Made by a program: the position numbers and the translations under genes. From an uncultured delta proteobacterium (GTDB lineage: Bacteria > Desulfobacterota > Desulfomonilia > UBA1062): 64,000 nt of DNA. The DNA lies in NCBI GenBank assembly GCA_963752595.1, contig CAVVYZ010000015.1, positions 64,001-128,000 of the forward strand. Reading direction: 5' to 3'. This document shows positions 41,673-52,077 of the stretch, one piece after another (position 1 is the first letter of the stretch; every line of letters starts with the position of its first letter). The notes beneath the pieces were generated by a model. The model did not search any database, had not been told where the DNA came from, and saw only the letters and a program-made list of their open reading frames with translations.

Positions 41673-43022
41673 ATGAAAATATCGGACAAGGCTCTTCAGG
41701 GCCGTCTCGCAGCCGTGCTGCTCATTGGAGCGTATATGGCCGCCGCCGGACTCCCTGTAATAGGGGCATCCCTCTACGGAGAGCCAGGACAGGCTGTTCT
41801 CATCCAACTGGGAAGGAATTCCGCCCTTCTCGGGTTCATGATCATTATCCTCCAGGTTTTCCTGGCAGTACGTATAAAGTGGATCGATCGTCCTTTCGGG
41901 TTGGACATTGTGCTCAGGTTCCACAGAAACATGGGGATCTTTGCGCTTTTCCTGTTTATCGCCCATCCCTTCCTGCTGGCTGCAGGAAGCGGAAGCCGGG
42001 ACCTTATTCTCGGGATCAATGTTCCCTGGTATATATGGCTTGGCCGTATTACCCTTGCCATCTTGCTCATCAACATATTTCTGAGCACCTACCAGAGAGC
42101 GCTTAACCTCAAGTTTGAAATCTGGCGGGCCGTCCACGACGTTCTAAGCCCCTTGATCATTGCCCTGGCGTTCATTCATAGTTTTGCAGTCGGCAGTGAC
42201 CTCGGACTTGCCGGCATGAAGATACTCTGGATCATTTTGCTTATAACGGCGGTTTTACTCTTCGCAGATCACCGGATAATAAGGCCCCATATCTTGAAAA
42301 GGCATCCATATGAGGTCGTGGAAGTAATCCCTGAGGCAAAAGATGTCTGGACGATAAAATTGTCCCCGCCTCAAGGCAAAGAGATCTATGAGTATCTGCC
42401 GGGACAATTTCATTTTATCACCTTTTACCGGGGCAGAAATCTGCCTGTCGAGGAACATCACTGGACAATATCTTCCTCTCCCTTTAGGAAGGAGTTCGTG
42501 AGCTCTACCATCAAGGCCCTGGGAGATTTCACCTCTACCATCGGAGAGACAAGGGCAGGAGATAAGGCCGCTGTCCATGGTGCTTTCGGGCATTTCTCGT
42601 ATCTTTTCTATCCAGGGGAAAGGGACCTGGTATTCATAGCAGGAGGCATCGGCATTACCCCTTTGATGAGCATGATACGGCATATGCAGGATATGCGCGA
42701 TGATCGGAATGTCCTGCTCTTTTATGCCAATCAAAGAGAGGATCAGATCGTGTTCGGGGATGAGCTCTTGAAGATCGAGAATGGAGGATACCCCAGGCTG
42801 CACGTGGTGCATGTGGTCGGCAAACCGGACAAAGGATGGGCAGGGGAAACCGGCTATGTTTCGCAGGATAAGATCATAAAATACTGCGGGACGGACCTTG
42901 GGGGAAAAGCCTTCTATCTCTGCGGCCCTCCGGGGATGATCATGGCAGTCGGTTCCTCTCTCACGGAAATGGGCGTATCCGGCGAGAGGATCAGGACGGA
43001 GATCTTTTCTTTTCTGGACTAG
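41673..43022 (+). CDS. Ferric-reductase-like transmembrane flavocytochrome b (FRD + FAD + NAD-binding domains)
   Basis: His pairs RFH...IAH and AVH...FIH; PGQF, HHWTISS, GGIGITP, CGPPGM and a terminal E-x-F. Confidence 0.9.
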   Translation: MKISDKALQGRLAAVLLIGAYMAAAGLPVIGASLYGEPGQAVLIQLGRNSALLGFMIIILQVFLAVRIKWIDRPFGLDIVLRFHRNMGIFALFLFIAHPFLLAAGSGSRDLILGINVPWYIWLGRITLAILLINIFLSTYQRALNLKFEIWRAVHDVLSPLIIALAFIHSFAVGSDLGLAGMKILWIILLITAVLLFADHRIIRPHILKRHPYEVVEVIPEAKDVWTIKLSPPQGKEIYEYLPGQFHFITFYRGRNLPVEEHHWTISSSPFRKEFVSSTIKALGDFTSTIGETRAGDKAAVHGAFGHFSYLFYPGERDLVFIAGGIGITPLMSMIRHMQDMRDDRNVLLFYANQREDQIVFGDELLKIENGGYPRLHVVHVVGKPDKGWAGETGYVSQDKIIKYCGTDLGGKAFYLCGPPGMIMAVGSSLTEMGVSGERIRTEIFSFLD

Positions 43023-43032
43023 GGGTGAAGCA

Positions 43033-43245
43033 ATGAGGATGACACAATTGAAGCGTATCACCGCAATCGTTGTGGCGTTCCTGCTCTGTATTGTCGTCAT
43101 CACGGCAGTATTCCGGACCACAATGCCGCACACCGCCACGGGTATGAATCTCCGGAAGGAGGCTCAGGCTGCTGTTCAAGAGGTGGAGAGGGAAAGTTCA
43201 TTGCCGCTGAATCCGGCATTGCCCGGACGATACGGCCGGCCTTAA
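43033..43245 (+). CDS. Small membrane-anchored hypothetical protein
   Basis: Starts 10 nt after the reductase stop with a GGGGTG RBS; one hydrophobic segment. Confidence 0.45.
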   Translation: MRMTQLKRITAIVVAFLLCIVVITAVFRTTMPHTATGMNLRKEAQAAVQEVERESSLPLNPALPGRYGRP

Positions 43246-43350
43246 GATTCGTCATGAGTCTGGAGTCTGACCGAAAATGATAATTTTATCAAAGGGGATA
43301 GGAGGGATGAGCCGGGAAAGTGCAACGTATGCGGTCCCGGTCCGCTCTCA

Positions 43351-43569
43351 TCACTCAAGTGCGATAAAGAGGTTCCCGTCCAGGAAGGATTCGCACCTCG
43401 TATCACCCAGGGAGATGAATTTATTGTCCGATTCCAGAGGGACCTCTTTGGTATCAACAGGCCTCCCATGGATCAGGGGAATCGAGACTTCCTCATGGAC
43501 CCCTTCCTCCGTGCGGCCGTACCCTCGGGCGAAGCCCCGTTCCTGTGTCCCCTGAACAAGTTTGTACAT
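43351..43569 (-). CDS. Small hypothetical protein
   Basis: 72-aa ORF with an AAGGGAG RBS; protein-like composition; no family recognised. Confidence 0.4.
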   Translation of the reverse strand: MYKLVQGTQERGFARGYGRTEEGVHEEVSIPLIHGRPVDTKEVPLESDNKFISLGDTRCESFLDGNLFIALE

Positions 43570-43779
43570 CTCGAAAATTCTCCCTTAAATTCAATAATAT
43601 CACAAATGGAACCTTTCTCAAATCCGGTGCCCGGATCATGAACGGTGCCGGTATAACCCGAAGCACTTCAGGCATCCCCCATACATCCGGCCGGATGGCA
43701 TGTGAGATTTCCCCAAGGGGTTTGTATTATTATGCAGTAAAGGATCACTTATCCATTGTCCATGTTCGGATAACGTATC

Positions 43780-44511
43780 ATGCAAAGGATTATGATAAAG
43801 GTACGCGGCCCCAAAGAAGCACTGGAAGCGTCACAGGGCGGTGCTCATATCGTGGATGCAGAGTACCCGGCCTCCATACCGGGGACAACGTATCCGTTAA
43901 ACATCCACGGAATCAGGGAGAAGCTGAATGAATCGGGCTTTGAGAAGGTCCTGGTGTCGACGAGCATCGGAGAAAAACAATTCGACAGGGCACTGGCATG
44001 CCAGGCAGCGCTGGGCGTGGCAACCGCAGGGGCCGATGTGGTGATTTTCGGCCTTGCAGAGCTTCCGCTCAAGGCAGCCGTTTACCTGGGAGATTCCCTT
44101 GTCCGCACGGTAAAGAAGATTTATCCGGGAAAAATGGTAATGCCTGCCGCTTATGTTGATGCCGATATGCGGAGATACTTCGAGCCGTTCGCGGACGGCA
44201 TTGAACTGGCACGGGAGATTAAGGCTGAAGGACTTCTCTTTGACACCTACAATAAGTTTGCGGGCAAGGGACTCCTTGATTATTGCAGTTACAGAGAAAT
44301 CGCTGCATTCACTGCGCAATGCCATGCAATAGGGAAGCAGGTATGGATAACCGGTTCCATCATGAAATCGGAACTTCCGAAGCTCTGGCCGACCGGCGTG
44401 GATGCGATCGGCCTCAGGGATGCCGCGTGCGTCCGGAAAGAAGACGGAAGGCTGGGTGCTGTGAAGGCAGAGCTCGTTCGGGATCTCGTTTCCACAATAC
44501 TGCAGTCTTAG
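43780..44511 (+). CDS. MfnB/DUF556-family (5-formylfuran-3-yl)methyl phosphate synthase homologue, divergent active site
   Basis: EALEA..GGA.IVD, QAALGVATAGAD, LFDT..K, GSI and GVDAIGLRDAAC align with the MfnB TIM-barrel pattern. Confidence 0.75.
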   Translation: MQRIMIKVRGPKEALEASQGGAHIVDAEYPASIPGTTYPLNIHGIREKLNESGFEKVLVSTSIGEKQFDRALACQAALGVATAGADVVIFGLAELPLKAAVYLGDSLVRTVKKIYPGKMVMPAAYVDADMRRYFEPFADGIELAREIKAEGLLFDTYNKFAGKGLLDYCSYREIAAFTAQCHAIGKQVWITGSIMKSELPKLWPTGVDAIGLRDAACVRKEDGRLGAVKAELVRDLVSTILQS

Positions 44512-44514
44512 ATC

Positions 44515-44901
44515 TCACTCCCGGCCCGGCCCGACATGGACGCGGTAATAAGGAATCCCGTTGACGACATCGATGGTGCCTCCTTCCGGCCAGAAGCTTA
44601 CCGAGTTCGGAAAGACATCCGGGTAATAAGATCGTATGGCGAGGTTTTGAACCGTAAGGTTGCTCGCCCCAACATAACCGCCTGAGGTCTGGATTCCCCA
44701 TGGATTGTCCGGTCCTGCGCCGAGCCCGTCCGAGTCCCCCCAGGCAATAGTGCTTATATGAATATTCATGGTAATATCGACAAACATGCTCACGCCCGAT
44801 TGACCGGAGATACCGGAAAGATCCGCTTCATTCAGAGGTTTCATTGCCGGCGCGGATAACGGCACCAGGACTGCCGCGAGAAGGATAGGTATTCTTTTCA
44901 T
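44515..44901 (-). CDS. Short secreted DUF6160/FilA-like protein
   Basis: Signal peptide then AMKPLNEADLSGISGQSGV...WGDSDG; AAGGAGG RBS. Confidence 0.65.
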   Translation of the reverse strand: MKRIPILLAAVLVPLSAPAMKPLNEADLSGISGQSGVSMFVDITMNIHISTIAWGDSDGLGAGPDNPWGIQTSGGYVGASNLTVQNLAIRSYYPDVFPNSVSFWPEGGTIDVVNGIPYYRVHVGPGRE

Positions 44902-45260
44902 CGATCACATTCCTCCTTTGAAGCACATCTTCGGAACATAGCGGATGCATGTGTCGAGGCCGGAAACAGTACATGCATCAGATAAACATAAAAATTATAT
45001 CTACTTATTATTTATAATAGTTATCACCCTGCTTTGCAAGCACGGGATATTGGATATATGCATCTCCCTCAGGATTTTTTTCATGTTTTCCTTTCATTCG
45101 CTCCTCATGATTTAATAATTATAATATTTTTATATCTGATTTGCCGATACCCATTATGGGGGCATGAATCTATATATGTATGAATATTCCCAAGAAATGC
45201 ACATGAGGGCCTTGTACTTTTGATTTCGGTCGGCCTGATCTTTTCTGAAGGGAGAAGACC

Positions 45261-48200
45261 GTGACGGAACGGCAGCTGATTGAAGAACTGCAAGAGAAGA
45301 TAGAGAAGCTTGAGCGGGAAGTACTGGTTGTCAAAAAGTCTGCTCAGGAGGGCGAGGAACGTTATCAGGCACTGTTTGCCCGCTCATTCGATGCCGTGTA
45401 TGTCCATGATTTCGATGGAAACTTACTCGATGCAAATAACGCGGCCCTCGGCATTCTCGGTTACAGCAGAGAAGAGATCAGACGCCTCAACCTGGCAGAC
45501 CTGATTCCGGAAGAGCATATTTCCCATGCGAAGAAGACGATCGAAGAGCTCAAAGAGACCGGCTCCCAGAGTAAGCCTTCGGAGTACCGTGTACGGTGCA
45601 AGGGTGGTGGTTTTGCCTGGATCGAGGCTAACGCCGCTGTGATTTACCGGGAAGGAAAACCATATGCAGTTTTGGGTATAGCCCAAGACATTTCCAAGAG
45701 GAAATCAGCGGATAATCGCCTGACGGAGCGTGAAGGACGGTATAGAACCATCTTCGAGAATACCGGCAGCGCCTCGATACTCATTGGCGGGGACACCACC
45801 ATCCTCCTGGCGAACACGAACTTTGCCGCGCTCACCGGATACTCCCGGGATGAGCTGGAAGGCAAGATGAGCTGGACGGCCTTTATTGCCCCGGGAGATC
45901 TCGAGCAAATGAAGCAGTACCACAATACCCGAAGGTTTGACCAGGATACGACGGTGCCCGGTTCCTATGATTTCTGTCTTGTCACACGGTCGGGTGAGAG
46001 GCGGAACATCTTTCTTACAGTCAGCCTTATCCCCGGTACGAATGAGAGTATTGCATCCTGTATGGATATCACTGACCGGGAAAAGGCCGAAGAAAACTTA
46101 AGCGAGTGGCAGCGGTTTATCGAACGGGTGATAGACCTTATCCCCGATGCGGTATATGTGCACGATCTTGATCATGGGCATAATATCCTCGATAACCAGA
46201 AGCTTCCAGCCTCTCTCGGGCTGTCCCTTGACGAATTCACCAAGCTAGGCGAGGATTTTATTCCGAAGTTCATGCATCCTGACGACCTTCCCCGGTATCG
46301 CACGCATTTGGAGCGCATCAATAGCCTCAAGAAAGACGAAGTGGCCGAATTCGAATACCGGATGCGGCACGTGTCCGGCCGGTATCAATGGTTCTATAGC
46401 CGTGTTGCGGCCTTTGCCCGGCACGACGATGGTACGGTAAGCCAGATAATCAGCGTCGCAACGGATATTACCGGGCATAAAGAGGTTGAAGAGTTCCTGC
46501 GGCAAAGTGAGGAGCGCTACAGAGACATTCTCGATAACATGCAGGAGGCATATTACGAAGTGGACCTCGATGGCAACTTCACCTTCTTCAACACATCTGC
46601 AATGATGCGCCTCGGTTATGCGGACGAGGAGATGAAGGGTATGAATTTCCGCACGTTCGTTGACCAGGAGAATGAGAAAAAGGTTTTTCGTGCGTATCAT
46701 AATGTCTTCGTCACGGGGAAACCAACAACAGGTTTTGACTGGGAGGTAATAAACAAGGATGGAAACAGAATCCCGGTTGAGTCCTCCGTCTCATTAAGAA
46801 AAGACCTCAGTGGCTGCATAACCGGTTTCAAGGGTGTAGTGCGGGATGTTTCAGAACGAAAAAAAACGGAAGAAGCCCTCAGGCAGAGCGAAGAGCGCTT
46901 CAAGGACCTTGCCCGGCTGCTGCCCGAGACTGTCTACGAGGCTGATGAAACGGGCGTCCTCACCTTCGTCAATGAGACGGCCCTGGAAAAGTTCCGGTAC
47001 AGCCGTGAGGATTTCTTTAAGGGACTGAACGGGCTTGATATGTTTGTTCCGGAAGACCGCGAGCGCGGCACGACGAATTTCGGCAGGGTTCTGGCCGGCG
47101 AGCGGATCGGCCTCAATGAATATACGGCCCTGAGAAAGGACGGTACCACGTTCCCGGTGCTCGTTCATTCCACTCCTATCATGAAAAACGGCACCCCGAC
47201 AGGCGCAAGGGGTTTCATCATTGATATCAGCGAGAAGAAAACCCTTGAGGAACAGTTCATCAGGGCACAGAAAATGGAGGCCATTGGTACTCTGGCTGGG
47301 GGGATTGCCCATGATTTCAATAACCTCCTCATGGGCATCCTCGGAAACATCTCTCTCATGCTCATGAATCTCGAAAGCTCGCATCCTTTTTTTGACCGCC
47401 TCAAAAGCATGGAGGAATATGTCCGCCAGGGGTCCGATCTCACCAAACAGTTCCTCGGATTTGCCCGAGGGGGCAAATATGAAGTCAAGCCCACCCATCT
47501 TGGGGAGTTTGTACGGAGAAGCTCCGAAATGTTCGGCCGGACGAAAAAAGAGGTCCGCATCCATAGAAAGGTTCAGGAGGACCTCTGGACGGTCGATGTG
47601 GATCGCGGCCAGATAGAACAGGTAATGCTCAACCTTTTTGTGAATGCATGGCAGGCCATGCCCGGAGGTGGGGATCTGTATATTCTCGATTGAGAATGTT
47701 GCAGCTGAATGAGATGGATGTTGAGCCCCTTCGGCATTAAGACCCGGGAAGATTTGTCAGGGTATCGGTAGCGGATACCGGGGTCGGAATGGATGAGGCC
47801 ACCAAGGACCACGATATTCGAGCCTTTCTTCACCACCAAGGAAAAAGGCAGAGGGACCGGCCTGGGCCTCGCTTCGGTCTATGGTATTGTGCGAAACCAT
47901 AAGGGTTTCATCTCCGTGGAAAGCGAAAAGGGTCTGGGCAGTACATTCAATTTATACCTGCCTGCATCGGACAGGGACATCCCTGAAGATAAAATGCACT
48001 TCCGAAAATATACAAAAAGGGCATGAAACCATTCTCCTCATCGATGATGAGAGCATGATCCTTGAAGTAGGCTCCCAAATGCTTTCAAACCTGGGGTATA
48101 CGGTATTGACAGCCGACGGAGGCAGGGAGGGGATTGCGGTCTACCAGAGCAATCACTCAGGCATCCACCTCGTAGTCCTGGATATGATCATGCCCGAGCT

Positions 48201-48408
48201 CGGGGGAAGAGATACCTATGACCGGCTGAAACAGATCAACCCTGATGTGAAGGTCTTACTGTCGAGCGGATACAGCATCGAAGGTCAGGCAGAGGAGATT
48301 ATGGAAGCCGGATGCAAAGGCTTCATTCAGAAACCCTTCACCATGAATGAATTGGCCCGTAAAATACGAGAGGTTCTTGACGGCCGGGGATGCAATGAAA
48401 AAGTGTAA
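45261..48408 (+). CDS. Hybrid multi-PAS sensor histidine kinase / response regulator (CckA-like; frameshifts at about 47690, 47750 and 48010)
   Basis: Five PAS domains; [40 protein letters not shown]; receiver LDMIMP...KPF. Confidence 0.9.
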
Positions 48409-48603
48409 TCTTCCGCAATACCCCTTCTTCTGATTCCATAGGGGCAGATGGCTTATACGCCCCGTCCTTTTTATTTGTGTACCCCCAAGACCGGATGTAC
48501 TATATATTCTTATAGGGCAGACCCCTCGTATACCGGAAATAGTGTCATGAGTTCGCTGTTGGCAGTGATGCATAGGTGAAAATCAAGAGAGGAGGGAATC
48601 CCT

Positions 48604-50418
48604 GTGCGTATCGTCTTTCCTGTCCTCATGCTCGCAGTATGCCTTCTGGTCATGTCATGCGGCGGTGGCTCCTCAGGGGACCACGTTGACCCGGCAACCC
48701 CGGAGGCACCTGCCAATGGCTCATGGACATTCATGGTCTATATGGCGGCGGACAATACCATCTCCAATGCTGCCAAGGCAGATATCAATGAGATGGAATC
48801 GGTCGGATCTTCAAGTGATGTCAGCATAATCGTACAGGTCGAATTCAATAAGAACGAATCACCGGAGCTCCCTGTTTCTACCGTGCGGGGTAGGGTCTTC
48901 CGCGATCAGAATCAGGCGAATATCGGCACGTGGTATACCGAGATCGGAAATAAAGACATGACCGATCCCGAGACATTGAAAGAATTCATCACCTGGTCTG
49001 TTCAGCACTATCCCGCTGAACGCTATGCCCTTGTTCTCTGGAGCCACGGCTCCGGGTGGAAGGTTGAAGATGGCTCTCCGCTCCTGTCCAAAGGGATGAT
49101 GGCGGATACAACCTCTTCGGGGAGCTCCCACATCATGTCATTGACGGAAATTTCGAAGGCTGTCCTGGATAGCGGTGTCCGATTCGATCTCATCAACTTC
49201 GATTCCTGCCTCATGGGCATGTATGAAGTTGCATATGAATTCAAGGACCTTGCATCCTTCCTTGTTTTCTCGGAAAATGTCTATCCGGTAAATGGGGATG
49301 CCTACGACACCATCCTGCAGGAACTCACGGCAAGCCCTGACATGGACGGAGCGCGGCTTGCAAGGACCACTGCCGCAAAATGCAGGGAATTTTATGCCTC
49401 CAAAGGGACCGCCATGACAAAGTCGGCAATCGATATGGCGCAGATTGACCGGCTCCAAACCCTTTTAATCACACTGTCGCAATATCTAAGCGAACACCTG
49501 GCTGCTGAAAAAAACCATGTCGAAGATGCCTGTAACGCTTCGGTGAGCTTTGAGTATCCCGGACACCATGATCTCGGTGATTTCCTCCAAAAACTCGACG
49601 GGCGCACCAGTGACCAGGACCTGAAAACCATTATCGGCGACCTCCGTGAAACATTGTCGCAGGCAATTATAGCCAATGAGGTATATACCGCCGATCCGGC
49701 GGATTCCTTGCCCGACTCGCAGGGTATTGCAATCTATCTTCCGTCTCCCACCCAGGCATCCCAGGACGATCTCGACCTTTACTCTTCCCTTGCATGCAAC
49801 CGGTCTTCCGGCGTGACCTGGGGTGATCTCGTATACCGGCTGGTAACGGGAAATTCAAACCTCGAGTCACAAAAAGCTCCAGGAAACTTTGCCGTCCGCA
49901 TTGAATGGGATACGGATGCCGATATCGACCTTTATATCTTCGAGCCCGATGATACCGCAGCCGCTCCCCGGTATGGCGCTCAATCGGGAGATAACGGCAC
50001 ATGTTCAAGCGATTCTCACTATTCCGGCGATTCGTTTGAATATTATGAATCATTCGAGGATGTGGAGCCCGGCTCGTATGATGTTTTTATCAATTATTAT
50101 GAAAGCGGGTCCGATTCCCCGATTCCGACCACTGTTTCCTGTCTGATCAGAGACCCGTCACAGGGGATGAATGAATATACCCGGACCGCGCAGCAGGGAA
50201 TGGACATAAGCAACCCGCTTCCGGATAACGGAACGATTGATGACGGCGACAGGAACAGCATTCTGGATAACCTGTATTCAGACTGGTGGTATGCCGGCTC
50301 CATCGTGCGGTCCGCATCGGACGGAGGGGACCAGGCCGGCAAAGATCAGGGAGAGGCATCAATGATACGCTCTTTGTCAGCTGCAGATAGGCTGCTCTGG
50401 TTCATGCTCAAGATATAG
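48604..50418 (+). CDS. Clostripain-family (C11) cysteine peptidase lipoprotein with C-terminal YfaP/DUF2135-like domain
   Basis: Lipobox LVMSC; WTFMVYMAADN; catalytic WSHGSGW and FDSCLMG; C-terminal EWDTDADIDLY. Confidence 0.85.
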   Translation: MRIVFPVLMLAVCLLVMSCGGGSSGDHVDPATPEAPANGSWTFMVYMAADNTISNAAKADINEMESVGSSSDVSIIVQVEFNKNESPELPVSTVRGRVFRDQNQANIGTWYTEIGNKDMTDPETLKEFITWSVQHYPAERYALVLWSHGSGWKVEDGSPLLSKGMMADTTSSGSSHIMSLTEISKAVLDSGVRFDLINFDSCLMGMYEVAYEFKDLASFLVFSENVYPVNGDAYDTILQELTASPDMDGARLARTTAAKCREFYASKGTAMTKSAIDMAQIDRLQTLLITLSQYLSEHLAAEKNHVEDACNASVSFEYPGHHDLGDFLQKLDGRTSDQDLKTIIGDLRETLSQAIIANEVYTADPADSLPDSQGIAIYLPSPTQASQDDLDLYSSLACNRSSGVTWGDLVYRLVTGNSNLESQKAPGNFAVRIEWDTDADIDLYIFEPDDTAAAPRYGAQSGDNGTCSSDSHYSGDSFEYYESFEDVEPGSYDVFINYYESGSDSPIPTTVSCLIRDPSQGMNEYTRTAQQGMDISNPLPDNGTIDDGDRNSILDNLYSDWWYAGSIVRSASDGGDQAGKDQGEASMIRSLSAADRLLWFMLKI

Positions 50419-50473
50419 TGCCCTTTTCATGGGAAGGTTCATGAACCCGGAATCCTGACCATCGATACGTACG

Positions 50474-50905
50474 TTAGCGTTTTATCACGAGCACCGGTTT
50501 CTGCGCGGAACGGATAACTTCCTCTGAAACCGAGCCCAGGAGGATCTCCGTGATATTGCTCTTCCCGTGGGATCCGAGTACGATGACAGAGATGTCTTCC
50601 TGCTCTTCTGTCGTAAGAATAACCCTTGAAGGGATGCCTACCGCTATCCTGGTTTTTACCACGAACCCCATGCCTTCCAGAAGCGACTTTACGGCATCCA
50701 TCTTGCTCTGAGCATCTTCTCGAAGGTTTTTCTCAAACTCCATGGATACTGTAGGATTATAGACAAGGAGATCGAGACTTCTCGAATCAATGGCATGGAG
50801 GACGAGCACCTCCTGTGCACCTGCGCACTTCAGCTGTTCGATATACTTGATCGCTGCCTGGGCAATATCCGAGAAGTCTGTGGGATAGAGTAATTTTTTA
50901 AACAT
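50474..50905 (-). CDS. Universal stress protein
   Basis: KKLLYPTDFS; IVLGSHGKS...LLGSVSEEVIR...PVLVI. Confidence 0.95.
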   Translation of the reverse strand: MFKKLLYPTDFSDIAQAAIKYIEQLKCAGAQEVLVLHAIDSRSLDLLVYNPTVSMEFEKNLREDAQSKMDAVKSLLEGMGFVVKTRIAVGIPSRVILTTEEQEDISVIVLGSHGKSNITEILLGSVSEEVIRSAQKPVLVIKR

Positions 50906-51100
50906 GTATCCTCCTCAAAGGGCTCATATTCATCTATGACATTGGTAATAACAGAAGAGGAGAGATTTCCCAACACCTGATAACGAAACCTGTTGATCAT
51001 GAGAGGCTTTTTTGCATAGAGGTAATCATCCGGCTACGATGAGGGGAGTTCAAAAGAAAAGGATGTTTCGGAAGCACAAAGGGAGAGGAGAGGCCCCGGG

Positions 51101-51712
51101 ATGGTTTACCTCATATCCGGCATAGTCTTTGGTCTTTCGGCAGGGCTTGCACCGGGGCCGCTCATTACCCTTGTCCTGACGGAAACGTTCCGACACGGGT
51201 ACAAAGCCGGGATCAAGGTGGCCTTTGCACCGATTATCACGGATCTTCCCATAGTTGTCCTGACGCTTCTCGTGATCAGCAAACTCAGCAGTTTCAATCT
51301 CGCCCTTGGATTGATCTCATTATCCGGTGCGTTTTTCGTGGTCTATTTAGGCTTTGAAACCTTCACGTCTCCCGAGATCACGATCTCTTCTGCCGACAGG
51401 GAGTCTCAGTCTCTCCGGAAAGGAATACTCACCAACATGCTGAGCCCTCATCCGTATCTCTTCTGGATGACCGTTGGTGCGCCCATTGTTATGCAGGCTT
51501 CTTCCCGGGGAGCTGTTCATGTTTCGGCATTTGTGATCGGTTTTTATTTCTTTCTTATCGGTTCCAAAATCGCGGTGTCAATCCTTGCAGGCAGGGCACG
51601 GCACCTGATCATCGGGAGAGCTTACCGGCATTGCATGCGGGGCCTCGGAGTTCTTTTATGGGTCTTTGCCTTCGTGCTTGCACGGGATGCAGTGCGACTA
51701 TTTATGCAATAA
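51101..51712 (+). CDS. LysE-family exporter
   Basis: GLAPGP...G.KAG and GILTNMLSPHPYLFW motifs; about 6 TM. Confidence 0.88.
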   Translation: MVYLISGIVFGLSAGLAPGPLITLVLTETFRHGYKAGIKVAFAPIITDLPIVVLTLLVISKLSSFNLALGLISLSGAFFVVYLGFETFTSPEITISSADRESQSLRKGILTNMLSPHPYLFWMTVGAPIVMQASSRGAVHVSAFVIGFYFFLIGSKIAVSILAGRARHLIIGRAYRHCMRGLGVLLWVFAFVLARDAVRLFMQ

Positions 51713-51777
51713 CCATAAAGGCCGTCAGAAATCTTCAAGGCATGGGTCCACTTCTGCTTATAATATAAAACCTTGGT

Positions 51778-52077
51778 TCATTCTTCTATGTAGGATTTAC
51801 AGATCCCGATAAGCCGGTCACAGAGCTTAACCAGATCGTTATGCTGGGCTTTGTCATTGGTATGGATTGCTTCTGCGGTAATAATTTCAAGCAGGATGCT
51901 GAGTTCTTCCAGGGAATAACGTGCAATGATTTTGTCGTGATCAAGGAGCGACAGCCTCAGACGGTCCGTGAGTTTGGGGTAGCCGTTCGTATTTTCTCGC
52001 AGGAGGTCTCGCTCATGGAAATCAAATCTCACAGAGATCTTTTCGCCCTGCTTTATGAGCCTTCTTCTGTTTATCAT
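51778..52077 (-). CDS. Hypothetical protein
   Basis: 99-aa helical ORF with an AAGGGAG RBS. Confidence 0.55.
   Translation of the reverse strand: MINRRRLIKQGEKISVRFDFHERDLLRENTNGYPKLTDRLRLSLLDHDKIIARYSLEELSILLEIITAEAIHTNDKAQHNDLVKLCDRLIGICKSYIEE

Noticed and set aside
37059-45260. Genomic island, prophage or transposon
   Set aside because: No integrase, transposase, phage genes, tRNA anchor or terminal repeats detected
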